Positions 40,368 through 55,262 are shown, numbered from the stretch's first letter. The stretch: 64,000 nucleotides of DNA from Octopus sinensis (GCF_006345805.1 NC_043018.1:15376001-15440000); one strand, 5' to 3'. Program-made: numbers and translations. The notes: generated by a model not told the origin, from the letters alone.

Positions 40368-41763
40368 CAGCAATTTTTCGCTTCTGCCTCCTTTGTACAG
40401 CTGTCATTCCAGTAGAATTATCTCCCTTTGTATATCTATTTCTTTACTACCCACAAGGGGCTAAACACAGAGAGGACAAACAAGGACAGACAAACGGATT
40501 AAGTCGATTACATCGACCCCAGTGCGTAACTGGTGCTTATTTAATCGACCCCGAAAGGATGAAAGGAAAAGTCGACCTCTGCGGAATTTGAACTCAGAAC
40601 GTAGCGGCAGACGCAATACCTATTTCTTTACTACCCACCAAGAGGCTAAACACAGAGAGGACAAACAAGGACAGACAAACGGATTAAGTCGATTATATCG
40701 ACCCCAGTGCGTAACTGGTACTTATTTAATCGACCTCGAAAGGATGAAAGGCAAAGTCGACCTCTGCGGAATTTGAACTCAGAACGTAGCGGCAGACGCA
40801 ATACCTATTTCTTTACTACCCACCAAGAGGCTAAACACAGAGAGGACAAACAGGACAGACAAACGGATTAAGTCGATTACATCGACCCCAGTGCGTAACT
40901 GGTGCTTATTTAATCGACCCCGAAAGGATGAAAGGAAAAGTCGACCTCTGCGGAATTTGAACTCAGAACGTAGCGGCAGACGCAATACCTATTTCTTTAC
41001 TACCCACCAAGAGGCTAAACACAGAGAGGACAAACAAGGACAGACAAACGGATTAAGTCGATTATATCGACCCCAGTGCGTAACTGGTACTTATTTAATC
41101 GACCTCGAAAGGATGAAAGGCAAAGTCGACCTCTGCGGAATTTGAACTCAGAACGTAGCGGCAGACGCAATACCTATTTCTTTACTACCCACCAAGAGGC
41201 TAAACACAGAGAGGACAAACAAGGACAGACAAACGGATTAAGTCGATTATATCGACCCCAGTGCGTAACTGGTACTTATTTAATCGATCCCGAAAGGATG
41301 AAAGGCAAAGTCGACCTCTGCGGAATTTGAACTCAGAATGTAACAGCAGACGAAATACGTCTATGCATTTCACCCTGCGTGCTATATATCATCTGATGTT
41401 TAGTCACTGTTCCACCTTCACATCTCTTTGTATTCACAAATTTTATACGACTCAGCTTCATTAGTGTCTAATCTCCATCTTATCCCCATATATATAAAAT
41501 AATTCTATCTTTGTCACAGGCATTGTTGTGTGGTTAACTTGTTCACTTTCCAAACACATGGCTCACAATGGGACACCTAGGACAAGTGTCTTCATTCTAT
41601 CTTTGGGCTGACCAAAACTTAGTGAGTGTGTTTGGCCGACTGAAAGAGAAAGATGCTTGTCGTATATGCACGTGCGCGTGTGTGTGTGTGTATACATGTG
41701 CAAATTAGTGTTTGTGTATATGAACATGCATGTATGCATCTGTGTGTGTGAGTGTGTATGTGT

Positions 41764-41799
<36 letters not shown>

Positions 41800-43267
41800 A
41801 CTTCTTTGAAAATCAGAGTAGCAAATGGAGATGTTGTCATTTCTCTTGCCAACAAACAATCTGCTCACTTTGTATTTTTAACCCTCTAGCATTTAAACTT
41901 TAATTACCTGGCCCAAACATTCTGCCTATTTCATGTTCAAAGTGTCGTTAGATCTGGCCTCTCACACCTACCCTGCAAAGTCATTCTAAGACTAAACTGT
42001 CGCATCATCAAAATCTCAAAGCTACCAGGTAAATGCATGATTAATTCAAAACAATGTGAATAAATAAGCATGTGGCCGATGCCAGACCCCTCTGGCACCT
42101 GTGCAGGTGGCACGTAAAAAGCACCTACTACACTCGCGGAGTGGTTGGCGTTAGGAAGGGCATCCAGCTGTAGAAACACTGCCAGACCAGACTGGAGCCT
42201 GGGGCAGCCCCTGGCTCCCCAGACCCCGGTCGAACCGTCCAACCCGTGCTAGCGCGGAAAACGGACGTTAAACCATGATGATGATGATGATGATGATGAT
42301 TTGACAAAGTCAATCTGAATGCTTCATGGTCAAACATTTCAGAGAAGAGATTTTTTACTTGAAAAATTGGTGAGAGTTAGCAGCTGGGAGAGCACCCCAC
42401 TGTAAAAAAATGTCTTAATGATACAGTCATACAACCCATACTAGGATGGATGGAAAAAAACAGACCAAAAATCTAACTAATATATACAGGCGTGGTTGTG
42501 TGATAAGAAGCTTGCTTCCCGGCCACATGGTTCTGGGTTCAGTCCCATGGTATGGCATCCTGAGCATGTGTCTTCTACTATGGCCTAAAGAGTTAAAAGA
42601 TTTGTTGAAAAGGCACCAATTTGGAAAAATGTGCTCATTGGGGAGCAGTCACTCCACTTGTTCCCCTGTTATCAATGCCACTGATGTTGTGGAACAATTA
42701 TTGATTCTGAATGGCAGCCAGTAGTTAATTGTGTGTGTGTGTGTGTGAGTGGTTCATGGAGCAACATTAATGTTAGGAATGAAAATGTTTTGGTAGGGAC
42801 TCAATCACTTGACATGTTAATTGTTATTGACAATTTTAATCATGTAGAAATGGATGTTTGCTACTGCATCCTGTTTTTATGGGTTTTTTTTTGTATTGTG
42901 CTATTAATTATTTTCTTTTTTTTCTCTTTTTCTATTGGCTTGTTTCAGGTGTGCACCAAGTGTTGTTTGATGTTGGTCACCCAAAATGTAATTCAGAGCG
43001 AATTGAATTCAAATACGAAAATGAAGAGCCAAAGGTAGAAATGTATTCTTGACAAAAGACAAACACTATCATATTATTTTTAGTGGTTGTCATTGTTACT
43101 TCTAGTTTGTTGGTAACCCTACTTGAGCAGAAATACTGACCAGGCCAGATTTAAAAAAATGTTTATGTTATTCAAAAGAACTGGTGAAATTGATATTTCT
43201 GGTCTTAGAACTCTTCAGTTTTTTAGGAAAAAATGAATGGGGAAGGGTGAGAGAGAGAGAGAGAGAA

Positions 43268-43307
<40 letters not shown>

Positions 43308-45095
43308 CGAGAGAGAGATTACATCACTAAAGGAAATGGTTTGTATGGTTACAATGGATTGTAAAGAGATTGTGTTTTGGGCCCAAAGCCAGATTTTTTA
43401 AAGCTTCTTCTTCTTAATCCTTTTTGCCCCTTGTGGAGCAAAGGGCTGGTTTCCTGGTCTCCTTGGCGTAAAGGTTCCCCATCTGGACGGGACGCCGGTC
43501 CATCACAGGTGAGCTGCATGATGCAGGAGGAAAGAGTGAGAGAAAGTTGTGGCGAAAGACTTAGCAGAAGTTTGCCATTATCTTCTGCTGGAGCCACATG
43601 GTGCTTAGGTGTTTCGCTCATAAACACACACATCGCCCGGTCTGAGATTCGAACCCGTGATTCCTCGGCCGTGAATCTGCTGCTCTAACCACTAGGCCAT
43701 GTGCCTCCACTTTTTAAAGCTAGGGACATAAATTTATTTTATGAGTTAAATGAAAATAAAGTTAGTAGAAATAAGTCCCTTTTTTTAAAAACAAGTGGGT
43801 TTTATTTGATGAGGAAAATAATGTTCAATAAAACAAGCATAGAGCTTAATAAACAAATCTGGGGTAAAAGTTGGGTGACAAAAGATCAGGGGCCATTTTT
43901 AGATTTACCACACAGTGTTGTTGATGTTGTCATTTAACCCTATTCAACCCTGACTGAACAAACCTATGATTAAAGGCACTCATACCAGGACATTGAAGAT
44001 TATATTATTTAATATATCCTGCCTTTATATAAGATGGTGTGTGTGATTTGAGGAAAATTTAGCTCCAATTTCTCATAGACTGAGTGACCACATACAGTCT
44101 CACTTTGTCTGTCTGTCTTTCTCTCTCTCTCTCTTGCTTTCACTCTCTCTCTCTTTCTCTCTCTCTCTTGCTCTCACTCTCTCTTTCTTTCTTTCTCTCT
44201 CTCTCTTGCTCTCACTCTCTCTTTCTCTCTCTTTCTCTCTCTCTCTCTCTTGCTCTCACTCTCTCTTTCTCTCTCTTTCTCTCTCTCTCTTGCTCTCACT
44301 CTCTCTTTCTCTCTCTTTCTCTCTCTCTCTCTTGCCCTCACTCTCTCTTTCTCTCTCTTTCTCTCTCTTTCTCTCTCTCTCTCTCTGCTCTCACTCCTTT
44401 TCTTTTCTTTCTCTCTCTCTCTTGCTCTCACTTCTCTTTCTCTCTCTTTCTCTCTCTCTCTTGCTCTACTCTCTCTTCTCTCTATCTTTTCTCTCTCTCT
44501 CTCTCTTGCTCTCACTCTCTTTTCTCTCTCTTTTCTCTCTCTCTCTTCTCTTGCTCTACTCTACTCTTTCTTTTTCTTTCTTTCTCTCTCTCTCTCTTCT
44601 CGTTTTTTGCTCTTACTCTCTCTTTCTTCTTTCTTTCTCTCCTCTCTTTGCTCTCACTCTCTCTTTTCTCTCTCTTTCTCTCTCTCTCTCTCTGCTCTCA
44701 CTCTCTCTCTTCTTCCTCTCTCTCTCTCTTGCTCTCACTCTCTCTTTCTCTCTCTTTCTCTCTCTCTCTCTTGCTCTCACTCTCTCTTTCTCTCTCTTTC
44801 TCTCTCTCTTGCTCTCACTCTCTCTTTCTCTCTCTTTCTTTCTCTCTCTCTCTCTCTTGCTCTCACTCTCTCTTTCTCAATCGCTTGCATCACACAAAGT
44901 GGTTTACATATTATTGAGGCGAGACAGTTAAACTTCAGCTATTGTAGATGGAGGCATGGCTGTATGAGACGTTAGCTTCCTAACCTCACTGTCCAGAGTT
45001 CAGTCCCACTTTGTGACGCTTTGGGTGTGTTCTACCATAGCCCTAGCTGACCAAAGCCTTGTAAGTGTATTGGATGGAGACTAAAAGCAGAACAT

Positions 45096-45129
<34 letters not shown>

Positions 45130-48100
45130 CTATTACTGGCACTCTGTCTGTTACATGGCAAAGGGTTCAGGCTGCTCTTAATCTTTCACAGGATTATAGA
45201 TTTATTACTGGTCAGATTTTGTATCCAACCAATGACTCTTCTCAGAAACTGGGATACGTCCTGTTTCTTGTAAGATCCAAGAACACCAACCCAAACTGTT
45301 TGGCCCTGTTGCTCGACTATCCAAGCTAGACACTGCTTACTATGTTCTCTTCACTAAGGATCCACTCGGCTTCATGACTTCTGTTGCTTGCCTACACTCG
45401 CCTCCTTATGAGAGCTCAAAATCTCTCGTGGAAGCGCCATCCAACTAAAATGCAAATATATGGGAAACTACCACCTATGTCATCTCTTGTGAAAGGTAGG
45501 AGAGTCCAGTTTGCTGGACATTGTTGTAGAGCTGAAGAAGAAGTAATTTCTACTCTTCTCCTCTGGAAGCCATCTACTCGCAATACCAGAGGGCGCACAC
45601 TCTCCTACCCTGATGTAATCTCCAGGGATACAGGCATCCAGCAACAGGACCTCCGTAATGCTATGATGGACCGTGAAGTCTGGCGTAACATAGTAAGTTC
45701 CATTGTCTCAACCACGGTTGAACAATGATGAATGATGATGTTGCTCAACCACCCGCTGCACTGTCACAGCAGATGAGGAGATATCTGTGGGGACGGGGAC
45801 TGACTGAGACTAAGCTTGATGGGTTACTTGAGAGGACCCAGGAATATTCTGATAAATGGTGGTGCATGCCCCCACTCCCTCCCCCATCTAACTTGACCTG
45901 ACAATGACATAGTTGCTATGTACTTGTAAAGATTAAATATTATCCAACAACTCATGTTTAACTATGAAATGAAATGTCTAAAATGTAACAACCTTGTCTG
46001 AATATCTTATTGATCTATATTTTTTGCATGTACAATTTCCCTTTTTCTTCATCTTAATTACAGATATTTTCTTGGCCGACAGAATCTGGTATCAATGCAT
46101 CCTTTGCAATTTTATCATGTCAAGGAGTTATGTCTTCTTTGGCTTCAAAATGCCAAGCCCACCCTCATATAGGCAGTGCTTTTATTCAAGCCATCTTCAC
46201 ATGTGCGAAAAATATCCAGGTTTGTACATTTTTTTTTGCACACTGCTATACATGCGCATTGATGTTGTACATTTAGTGGAGCACACTACCTTCATTTCTC
46301 TCCAGTCTACACATGTCTTCTGCATTCAGAGCCCATGTCTTACTACCATGGAGTATAGCCATTCACATACAAGCGTCATATAGTCTACCTTTCACTCTGA
46401 GAGAGAGAGAGAGAGTTCTTTTGTTGTCAACAATGGTAATAGCTTTCTAAACTTTCTCCACCCAATTATTATTCTAGAAATGATACTTTCAGAACGTCCT
46501 CCACCATTGCTAAATTGGTTACCTAGGTAACAGAAACTATCTACAACCTCAAGAGAGCATCCTTGGTTTTGATTGGCTTGGAACCATTGTAGAAGACATT
46601 TGCCCAAGGTTCCACACAGTGGGACTGAACCTGAAACCATGTGATTGGGAAGTCACACCTGTATGGAATGTTTCCTACAATGGAGGGAGATATCTCAATA
46701 GAAAATACTATATCTGAGAGAAGAATCAAATAAAACCATTAAGTAATTTAAGACAGGACATGGGAAGCACTCCGTCGGTTACGACGATGAGGGTTCCGGT
46801 TGATCCGATCAACGGAACAGCCTGCTCGTGAAATTAACGTGTAAGTAGCTGAGCACTCCACAGACACGTGTACCCTTAACGTAGTTCTCGGGGATATTCA
46901 GCGTGATACAGAGAGTGACAAGGCCGGCCCTTTGAAATACAGGTACAACAGAAACAGGAAATAAGAGTGAGAGAAAGTTGTGGTGAAAGAGTACAGCAGG
47001 GATCACCACCATCCCCTGCCGGAGCCTCGTGGAGCTTTAGGTGTTTTCGCTCAAAAAACACTCACAACGCCTGGTCTGGGAATCGAAACCACGATCCTAC
47101 GACTGCGAGTCTGCTGCCCTAACCACTGGGCCATTGTGCCTCCTAAGACAGGACATAGTGTTTTGGTTAACGTTGTGATGTCCACCTTTTTGCACTGGAT
47201 TCTGTAACTGCTGTTTGGCCTCTATGGACAACTGACCATTCACAGAGGTGTATAACATGAAACAAAAAGTTTCGACCATTTTCCGGAGGAAAAATATGAT
47301 TAAAGACGAAAGCTTGAGGAACACAGTTGTTAATTGTTGGGACACTACATCCTTCAAAACTTCCATGCTTCCTGGAATTGTCCACTTGTACACCTGATGC
47401 AGCCCATCCCCCTTTTTCTTTCTTAAATGTCTCATTCACTGTTCATTTGCTGTGCATTATTCCACGTACTGTTCATGCATTTTTGGTTACTTTACATAAT
47501 GAGTTGTAGTGCACCTGAGCATTGTATACAATAACTTCATTATATCATTATACCATGCTACATGTTAATTGCCATTATACATCTTCATGTTAATTGCCAA
47601 TTGTCATCACAAGCTATTTATCAGATGTTGCTCTCTCCTCATTACAACAACTGTATGAGACTTTAGTAACATCCTTTAATCAACTGGCAAACATACATAT
47701 GAGCGGGTACCCAAAAGTAAACAGAATTTTGCAATATTATTTTATTCACTTAGTTTTTACATGTTTACACTTTTATCGCCTTCAAAGTATTCTCCATTTG
47801 AAGCAGTGCATCGGTCCAGGCATGTTTTGTACTATTCAAAGCAGTACTAGAACTCTTGTGAAGTGATGCCTTTTAACGCCTCTGTTCTTTTTTTCTTCAC
47901 GTCTTCCACATTTGCAAATTCCATAGCACCAGATTTTCTCACCAGTAATGACTTTCAAAAAAAGGTCTGGATCAACTTCCAGTTGTTCTTTTAGTTTACA
48001 TCACAAGACCTGTGATAGTGGAAGAGAGGAGAAGAAATGACTTTCTGTACAAAGACAGGGTCTGGAAGTTTACAACACGGTAGTGAAGGGTTAAGTTGAT

Positions 48101-51100
48101 GGTTTTAAACCAAGCAACAGATTAATCCTGTTGATTTTCCTTCTTCATCTGTCGTAAATTTGTTTCCTTTTTATTATATGCATGGAAAGATTACTTTTCT
48201 CAATGTATTTTCAACAATTTAAATCAAAAAAATCTATTTCATATTTCACAATCAATAGATGAGAGATGATGAACAATTGAAAACAGCAGTTGCAGACAAT
48301 CTAAGAGATCAGTGTCAAGTACACCTGTTAAAGAATACAAAGTTTTCTAATATAATAACCAGTGACTTTTTCTGCATAAATGACTGCACAAATAACACTT
48401 CATTGTGTAAAGGTATGAGACCATTTTTATTAATTTTGTTCTATTAATTGATGTATTCAGTCCTAAAGGAAGAAAAGGTGATCTTTTCATATTGATGAAA
48501 TTACATAGGCAAGCAGTTAGGGTGTTAGCTTTGCGATCATAAGATCAAGGATTTTGTGGCCTTAAACGAAACTCTTCATTTCTCATTGCTCCAGCTTAAT
48601 CAGGTGAAGTTCAATCTTGTGATAGTCTTGCATTCCATTTAAAACTAAATCTTGTATACTTAATTCTTTAGACATCTTGGAAACTGATCTAAGCTCCAGG
48701 CTAGTGAACCAATAGACTTGAGAATGACTTAGGCCCTTTGTAAAATTATTTCTGCTATAGACAACTCTGTACATGTCACCGGCATTTACATTTAAAAGGT
48801 TCTGTTAATCCAACAGCAGTTAATAGACAGCATGAATAGGTATGACTTTCAAAAGCTATTTCAACTCCTGCTGGTAACACAACAGCAGATTGTAATTAGT
48901 AACCAGAAACAGATATAATTAATTTCTTTAATGAACAATCTATGGTAACATTGCTGATGTTGTTGCTGTTCATTCATTATCCAACACACATAGAACCATG
49001 AACTCCCTACTGGGTAGCTCAATCCACTTGATATAATAGCCAAATTATCCTCAAATCACACTTCACCATATTAGAAAAATACACATTGGATTATATGATC
49101 GTTGATTCTCTTCAAAAAGTTACCAGTCAAGATGGTCATGACTGAAATATCTTTAATCATAAGTCAGCTTGATCAGTAATGATCTGGAAGGATAGATATG
49201 CAACAAAACCAATATACAAGGTGAAGGATGTAACTATGAATGTTTACTTATGTCCATCATAGTGCATACAGAGTCAACTGCTTGGCAATGTTGTTGATCC
49301 ATCAACGGATGATTAGAATTCATGATAAAGTAAACTTTATCTCAGTAAACTTTGAATTCAGAACATAAGTTGTAAGAGAGAGAAGCACTCCGTCGGTTAT
49401 GACGACGAGGGTTCCGGTTGATCCGAATCAACGGAACAGCTTGCTCGTGAAATTAACGTGTAAGTGGCTGAGCACTCCACAGACACGTGTACCCTTAACG
49501 TAGTTCTCGGAGATATTCAGCGTGACACAGAGAGTGACAAGGCTGGCCCTTTGAAATACAGGTACAACAGAAACAGGAAGAAAGAGTGAGAGAAAGTTGT
49601 GGTGAAAGAGTACAGCAGGGATCACCACCATCCCCTGCCGGAGCCTCGTGGAGCTTTAGGTGGTTTCGCTCAATAAACACTCACAATGCCCGGTCTGGGA
49701 ATCGAAACCGCGATCCTATGACCGCGAGTCCGCTGCCCTAACCACCGGGCCATTGCGCCTCCACACATAAGTTGTAACCAAGTGTTGCAAGGCATTTTGT
49801 CAAATGCTCAAGTGATTCTACCAATCTACTGTTCATCATTAATAGATAGAAACATTTGGACCAAGGGAACCTCTACATGGAGGTTCTTCAAGAAATAACA
49901 GTCAAAGATCCAACATGAAAAAGGATTCACATTGAATAATATAGTCTAGAAAAATCAACTGGATACTTGGTGATCCTGCCAGTACTGATGCCATGTAAAA
50001 AGCATCTTGTCCACACTGTAAAGGGGTTGGCATTTGGAAGGGTCTCCAGCCATAAAATTCATGTCAAAACTGACCTCGCCTGTGTTTGTGCCATGTAAAA
50101 AGCACTCAGTCCCTCTGCTGGATGGTTGGTGCTAGGAAGGGTATCCAGCTGTAAAAACCCTGCCAAAATAGACACAGAAGTCTGGTGTAGGCTCCTGCCT
50201 GGCCAGCTCCTGTCAAGCTGTCCGACCCATGCCAGCATGGAAGGAAGACATTAAACTATAATGATGATGATGATTGTCATGCTTGTAATGCTTCTGATCA
50301 TCGGATTCTTCTTTCAAAACTGACCTAACACTAAACAACAACAACAACAACAACAACAACAGCTATGTTATAGTTTATTAATACAGTTACATACCCTAAT
50401 GTAATTTGGGTACATACATAGGTGGATGGTTAAGCAGTTCACTTCACAACCATCCTGTATTGGATTCAGTCCCACTGCACGATGCCTGGGTAAGTGTCTT
50501 CTCCTCAAACCTTAGGTTGATGAATGCTTTGTAAGTTTTGCTTTGGTAGACAGAATCTGAGTGGAAGTCTATGGCATGCACACACACACACACACATGCA
50601 TGCATGCATGCACGCACACACATGCGTGTGCACACATACATACATGTACATACACATGTACACACACACATGCACGCACACATGTACATGCACACACACA
50701 CACACACATGTACACATACACACACATGCATGTGCACTGCATGGTTGTATGCGTGTATGTGTACCTTGACAACGGTATACATACCAGCATACAAGGCGGC
50801 AAGCTGGCAGAATCGTTAGCACGCCGGACGGAATGCTTAGTGGTATTTCGTCTGTCTTCACATTCTGAGTTCAAATTCCGCCGAGGTCGACTTTGCCTTT
50901 CATCCTTTCGGGGTCGATTAAATAAGTACCAGTTACGCACTGGGGTCAATATAATCGACTTAATCCGTTTGTCTGTCCTTGTTTGTCCTCTCTGCGTTTA
51001 GCCCCTTGTGGGTAGTACAGAAATAGGTATACATACCAGCAAGCAAACTACTGACAGCCAAATGAATTGAACACAAATTTCTTGGTTGTATTGATTTCAT

Positions 51101-54100
51101 CCAACTTTTGCAGATACTCCTTTGTTCCTCCATGTTATCAGAAACCTTATGAAGCAATTAATAATGAGTCTCAAAGCCAGAACCAATCCTGTTCTTGTGC
51201 ACAGGGTGTATGATGCATAAAAATAAATCCATGAATTTAGGGCCAGTTTAAAATTCAAAACAAAAAAAGACAACATTACTCTCTCATACAGGCTAAGAGT
51301 TTTTCACTGGATGCCTTTGTTTCTCTTTCTCATCAGATGGTGTTTGTAGTTGTAAACAATCATTTCAAGGAGCAGATTGCTTTATAGAATCTCCACAAGT
51401 TGATGTAAAAGAATATTCTGATGATGGTCTATGCAACACCCAGACTTCCAAGTGTGATAACATACATGTCTTTGGAGAATATTTCACTGATGTCTCTTCT
51501 TTCACCTGCAAATTAAAAGAAATTCAGGTATTGTCACAAATTTCAATTCTGTAAAAGACCAAACTTTTTTTTATAATTTTACTTGGAAGAAGAAATGTTT
51601 TTTTTAAATTTGAATAACTTTTTTGTTTTAGTGAAAATTAACATAACAGGAACGAAAAAGAATAATAACAGTTAAAGATTTAACTTTTAAAAAATTTCTT
51701 TCATCTTTTTGAAAAATGTCCACAATATGAAGAAATGTGAAGAAATGTTATGTTTACTAGTTTTCGGTGTTTACAGATGCTACCTCTTCCAACAGCATCT
51801 GTAGGTTGAGGTGGATTATTTTATGATGGACCCATCACTAAATAAGTTCTTTTCTATGAATTTGAACAAAAACTCTATGATATATTGGCTTTATCACAAT
51901 GCAAGGAACTAAAGCTAGACACACTTCTACGTATCTAAATTGTACTAAAGAATTGTCCAGTAATTCATTTTATTGACCTTGGATTGTTAATTGGATCAGT
52001 TGAACTTTGTGATATCAAAACTCTGGAGCTAAAGTCAAAGAGGAGAAGGTGTTTCGACTCCAGTATTTAAATGGTGTCTTTCAGGAAAACCTGCAGTGCT
52101 TTTATAGAATATTCAGTGAAAGAAAAAGTTCCCTAATGAGTATAGATAAGGTAAAGAAAATCTGTCTTGGAACTTAGAACATAAAGAACAAATAAAAGAA
52201 AATATTTTGTTCATCACTTCCACCAGTTCACACCTATTCTCAGGTATATTATATTATTGAGCTTGGGAACATCAAAGGCAAATTTGATGTTGGCTGGATT
52301 TGAAAACAACACAGACATCAAATACTGGAACAAATACTGCAAAGTATTTGTCATTTGTGTTCTATTGTTTCTGCCGGATGACTGCCATTGGATATCAATG
52401 AATACAAGGTGGTATCAAAAGGTTCTATGACTAGTTGTGTTTGATAACACAAAAAAAAACAAAACTTATTTACTTAGCAGTTTGGCAAAAGAGACCGATA
52501 GAATAAGTACTGGGCTTACAAAAGAATAAGTCCCAGGGTCGAGTTGCTCGATTAAAGGCGGTGCTCCAGCATGTCCGCAGTCAAATGACTGAAACAAGTA
52601 AAAGAGTAAAAGAGTACCTAAATGTTAACATCATCTCCTTCAAAACTGAAAACTGTCTCAGACCATAGTAACCTAGCCAACCTATTCCAGCTGTAAAATA
52701 AGGAGGATTCTGATGACTTTCAGTTTTTGCCTTTTGGTGGAATTTAGTTATGTCAATAATCCTCATCATAAATAGATATTTGAAATCATTTTTGCTATTT
52801 TATTATTATTTTGTTCATAGAAAATAGAATGCCTGAACATGACAGCTGCAAATTGCCGTGGTTGTCTAGGATTTAATGTTCAGTTTAAAAATTTATTTCT
52901 CATCATCATCATCATTTAACTTCTGCTTTCTACATTGGTATGGGTTGATATTTTGATGGGATGTACTGGTGAACTGTAGAGGTACAACAAACCTTTGTGT
53001 CAGCTTTAGATTGATTTCTACAGTGTGTATTGGATACATATTTTTGGATACTAGCACAAGTGAGGCCAGCAAGTACCTTGGAAGACAAAGAAAGGAAACA
53101 GAAAGAGCCACCCTCAATTGAGTGGGTATATATTTGAGAGAAAGGGAAGGAGGAGGCTTTATGCAAGGTGTTGAAGGTTAAATTATTAATAGGGAGAAAA
53201 GAATAGGTACCTTGCTATAGAAGAGATACATGGCTACTTTGTATTATATGAAGGTAAGTGAGAGTAGCTAGAAGGCAGATAAAGATGGTGTTGACAGGGT
53301 GCCAGAGTGTACTCTCAGGGTACAAGAAGGTAAATCTAAGAGACGATATGGGCAGTTGATCAGGGGAAAAGAAAGGGGGTGTAATTTCATAAAAGTGTAA
53401 GAGGAGAGTGCCAGATGGTTAGAGATGGGGCTAGAGGTGGATGTTGTGAGTGAGATAAACTTATATTTCAATCTGGTTTCCCTCTACAGATACTCAATCA
53501 GACTTATCAGCCATTATCTTCCCCGGAGACCACAGTCAAGGCCATCTTTCTTGACTTCAACCACATTCTGTGTCCCCTTCCAAAACCGGCACAGAGTTAC
53601 ACATTTTCTATTGGTGCTTCCAACCAGATATTTACTTCAAATTATGTTTTCCAAGCATATGATCCAAGATGTTTGACATGTACAGCTGCAGGAAACTGTT
53701 CTTTGCTTGTAAGTATTTAACCTTTTTTTTTTTGTTCTGATATCATCATCATCGTTTAATGTCCGTTTTCTGCGCTAGCATGGTTCGACCGGGGTCTGGG
53801 AAGCCAGGGGCTGCTCCAGGCTCCAGTCTGATCTGGCAGAGTTTCTACGGATGCCCTTCCTAACGCCAACCACTCCGCGAGTGTAATGGGTGCTTTTTAT
53901 GTGCCACCTGCACAGGTGCCAGGGGGGGGGACCGGCATTGGCCACGATCAGTTGGAGCTTTTAACATGCCAGCGGCACGGAAGCCAGCCAAGGCGGCGCT
54001 GGCAACGGCCACGTTCGGATGGTGCTTTTTATGTGCCACCAGCACAGAAGCCAAACGGATATTAGGCAAGGTGACAGTAATGTGTTTAATTTCTGATAGT

Positions 54101-54559
54101 CAATTGATTAAGAAACAGACAGATGTTTCTTGATTTGTAGAGTTTTTATTTCAATTAAAACATCCCATCCCAAATTTATCTTAGCAATGTAAGTTACATT
54201 CCAGACTTCACCTTAAAATGAAAACATATGGATTACTTTATTAATCTCTTCAAACTTCCTGGTTATTTAAAAAATTAAATGAAAGTAATTTAATTAGAAA
54301 TACAATCACCGAAAAAGATGTATCAGTTCTTTGTTATAAATTTTAATTGATCATTTTGACATTTATAAAACATTATTAAATTAAAGGCGCAGGAGTGGCT
54401 GTGTGGTAAGTAGCTTGCTAACCAACCACATGGTCCCGGGTTCAGCCCTCTGCGTGGCATCTTGGGCAAGTGTCTTCTGCTATAGCCCCGGGCCGACCAA
54501 AGCCTTGTGAGTGGATTTGGTAGACGGAAACTGAAAGAAGCCTGTCGTATATATGTATG

Positions 54560-54598
<39 letters not shown>

Positions 54599-55262
54599 TT
54601 GTGTTTGTTCCCCTAGCATTGCTTGACAACCGATGCTGGTGTGTTTACGTCCCCGTCACTTAGCGGTTCGGCAAAAAGAGACCGACAGAAAAAGTACTGG
54701 GCTAACAAAAAGAATAAGTCCCGGGGTCGAGTTGCTCGACTAAAGGCGGTGCTCCAGCATGGCCACAGTCAAATGACTGAAACAAGTAAAAGAAAAAAAA
54801 AAAATTAATAAAAGTTTTGATGGTGTTGAAGTATCATGTATGATAGGGTTGGGCCTTGTGAGTGAAACTTGATGAGGAGACATCTTTGAATTGCTTATTA
54901 CTAGTTTTATTTTTTACAGTACTCTTAATCCATATCACCCTATTTAACACCAGCTCTGGCCCCTGAGTGACTTTAGCTGGGTCCACTCTATTGCTGTATT
55001 TAGACATGGTCTCTGATCTAAGGATAAATTTCTTCCTTTCCTCTCATCAGTTTTGGGGTCCTCAGGAAAAAAGGGCCACAGATGCCACCTGCCTACCTTA
55101 AACTAAACCATTTAAAATGATTTGCTTTGTTTTGCAGAATGATCACTGTCTAATTGAAGACACATGTTACAATTTCACTGACAAGAATCCACAAAATGAC
55201 ACACTTGTCTGTGACCCATATGTCAATGAATATGAATGGTCTACATTCCAAGGTAAACACAG

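Noticed and set aside
40437-41359. Regular repeat array resembling CRISPR, with repeated 84-aa ORFs
   Set aside because: Units are contiguous 185-bp SINE copies with no unique spacers, the context is eukaryotic and no cas genes are present. The ORFs are antisense SINE translations.
44084-44975. Ser/Leu-rich and Arg/Glu-rich ORFs up to 277 aa
   Set aside because: Translations of a (CT)n microsatellite.
45994-46383. 129-aa ORF overlapping exon 19
   Set aside because: Wrong frame. The frame starting at 46064 gives the conserved WPT.SG...C...C..NIQ pattern and fits the flanking phases.
47097-47509. 112-aa and 90-aa minus-strand ORFs
   Set aside because: No motif I can recognise, and they end inside a SINE; probably decayed repeat.
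49690-49764. tRNA-like sequences at SINE heads (also near 8100, 21430, 28230 and 47100)
   Set aside because: A and B boxes are present but there is no complete cloverleaf, and each continues into a multicopy SINE body; not tRNA genes.
51777-51800. Possible 24-nt microexon MLPLPTAS at the position equivalent to QLSDK
   Set aside because: Exon 22 already supplies the equivalent residues (28 to the Cys in both modules). The donor context is weak and the site lies in a local hairpin.
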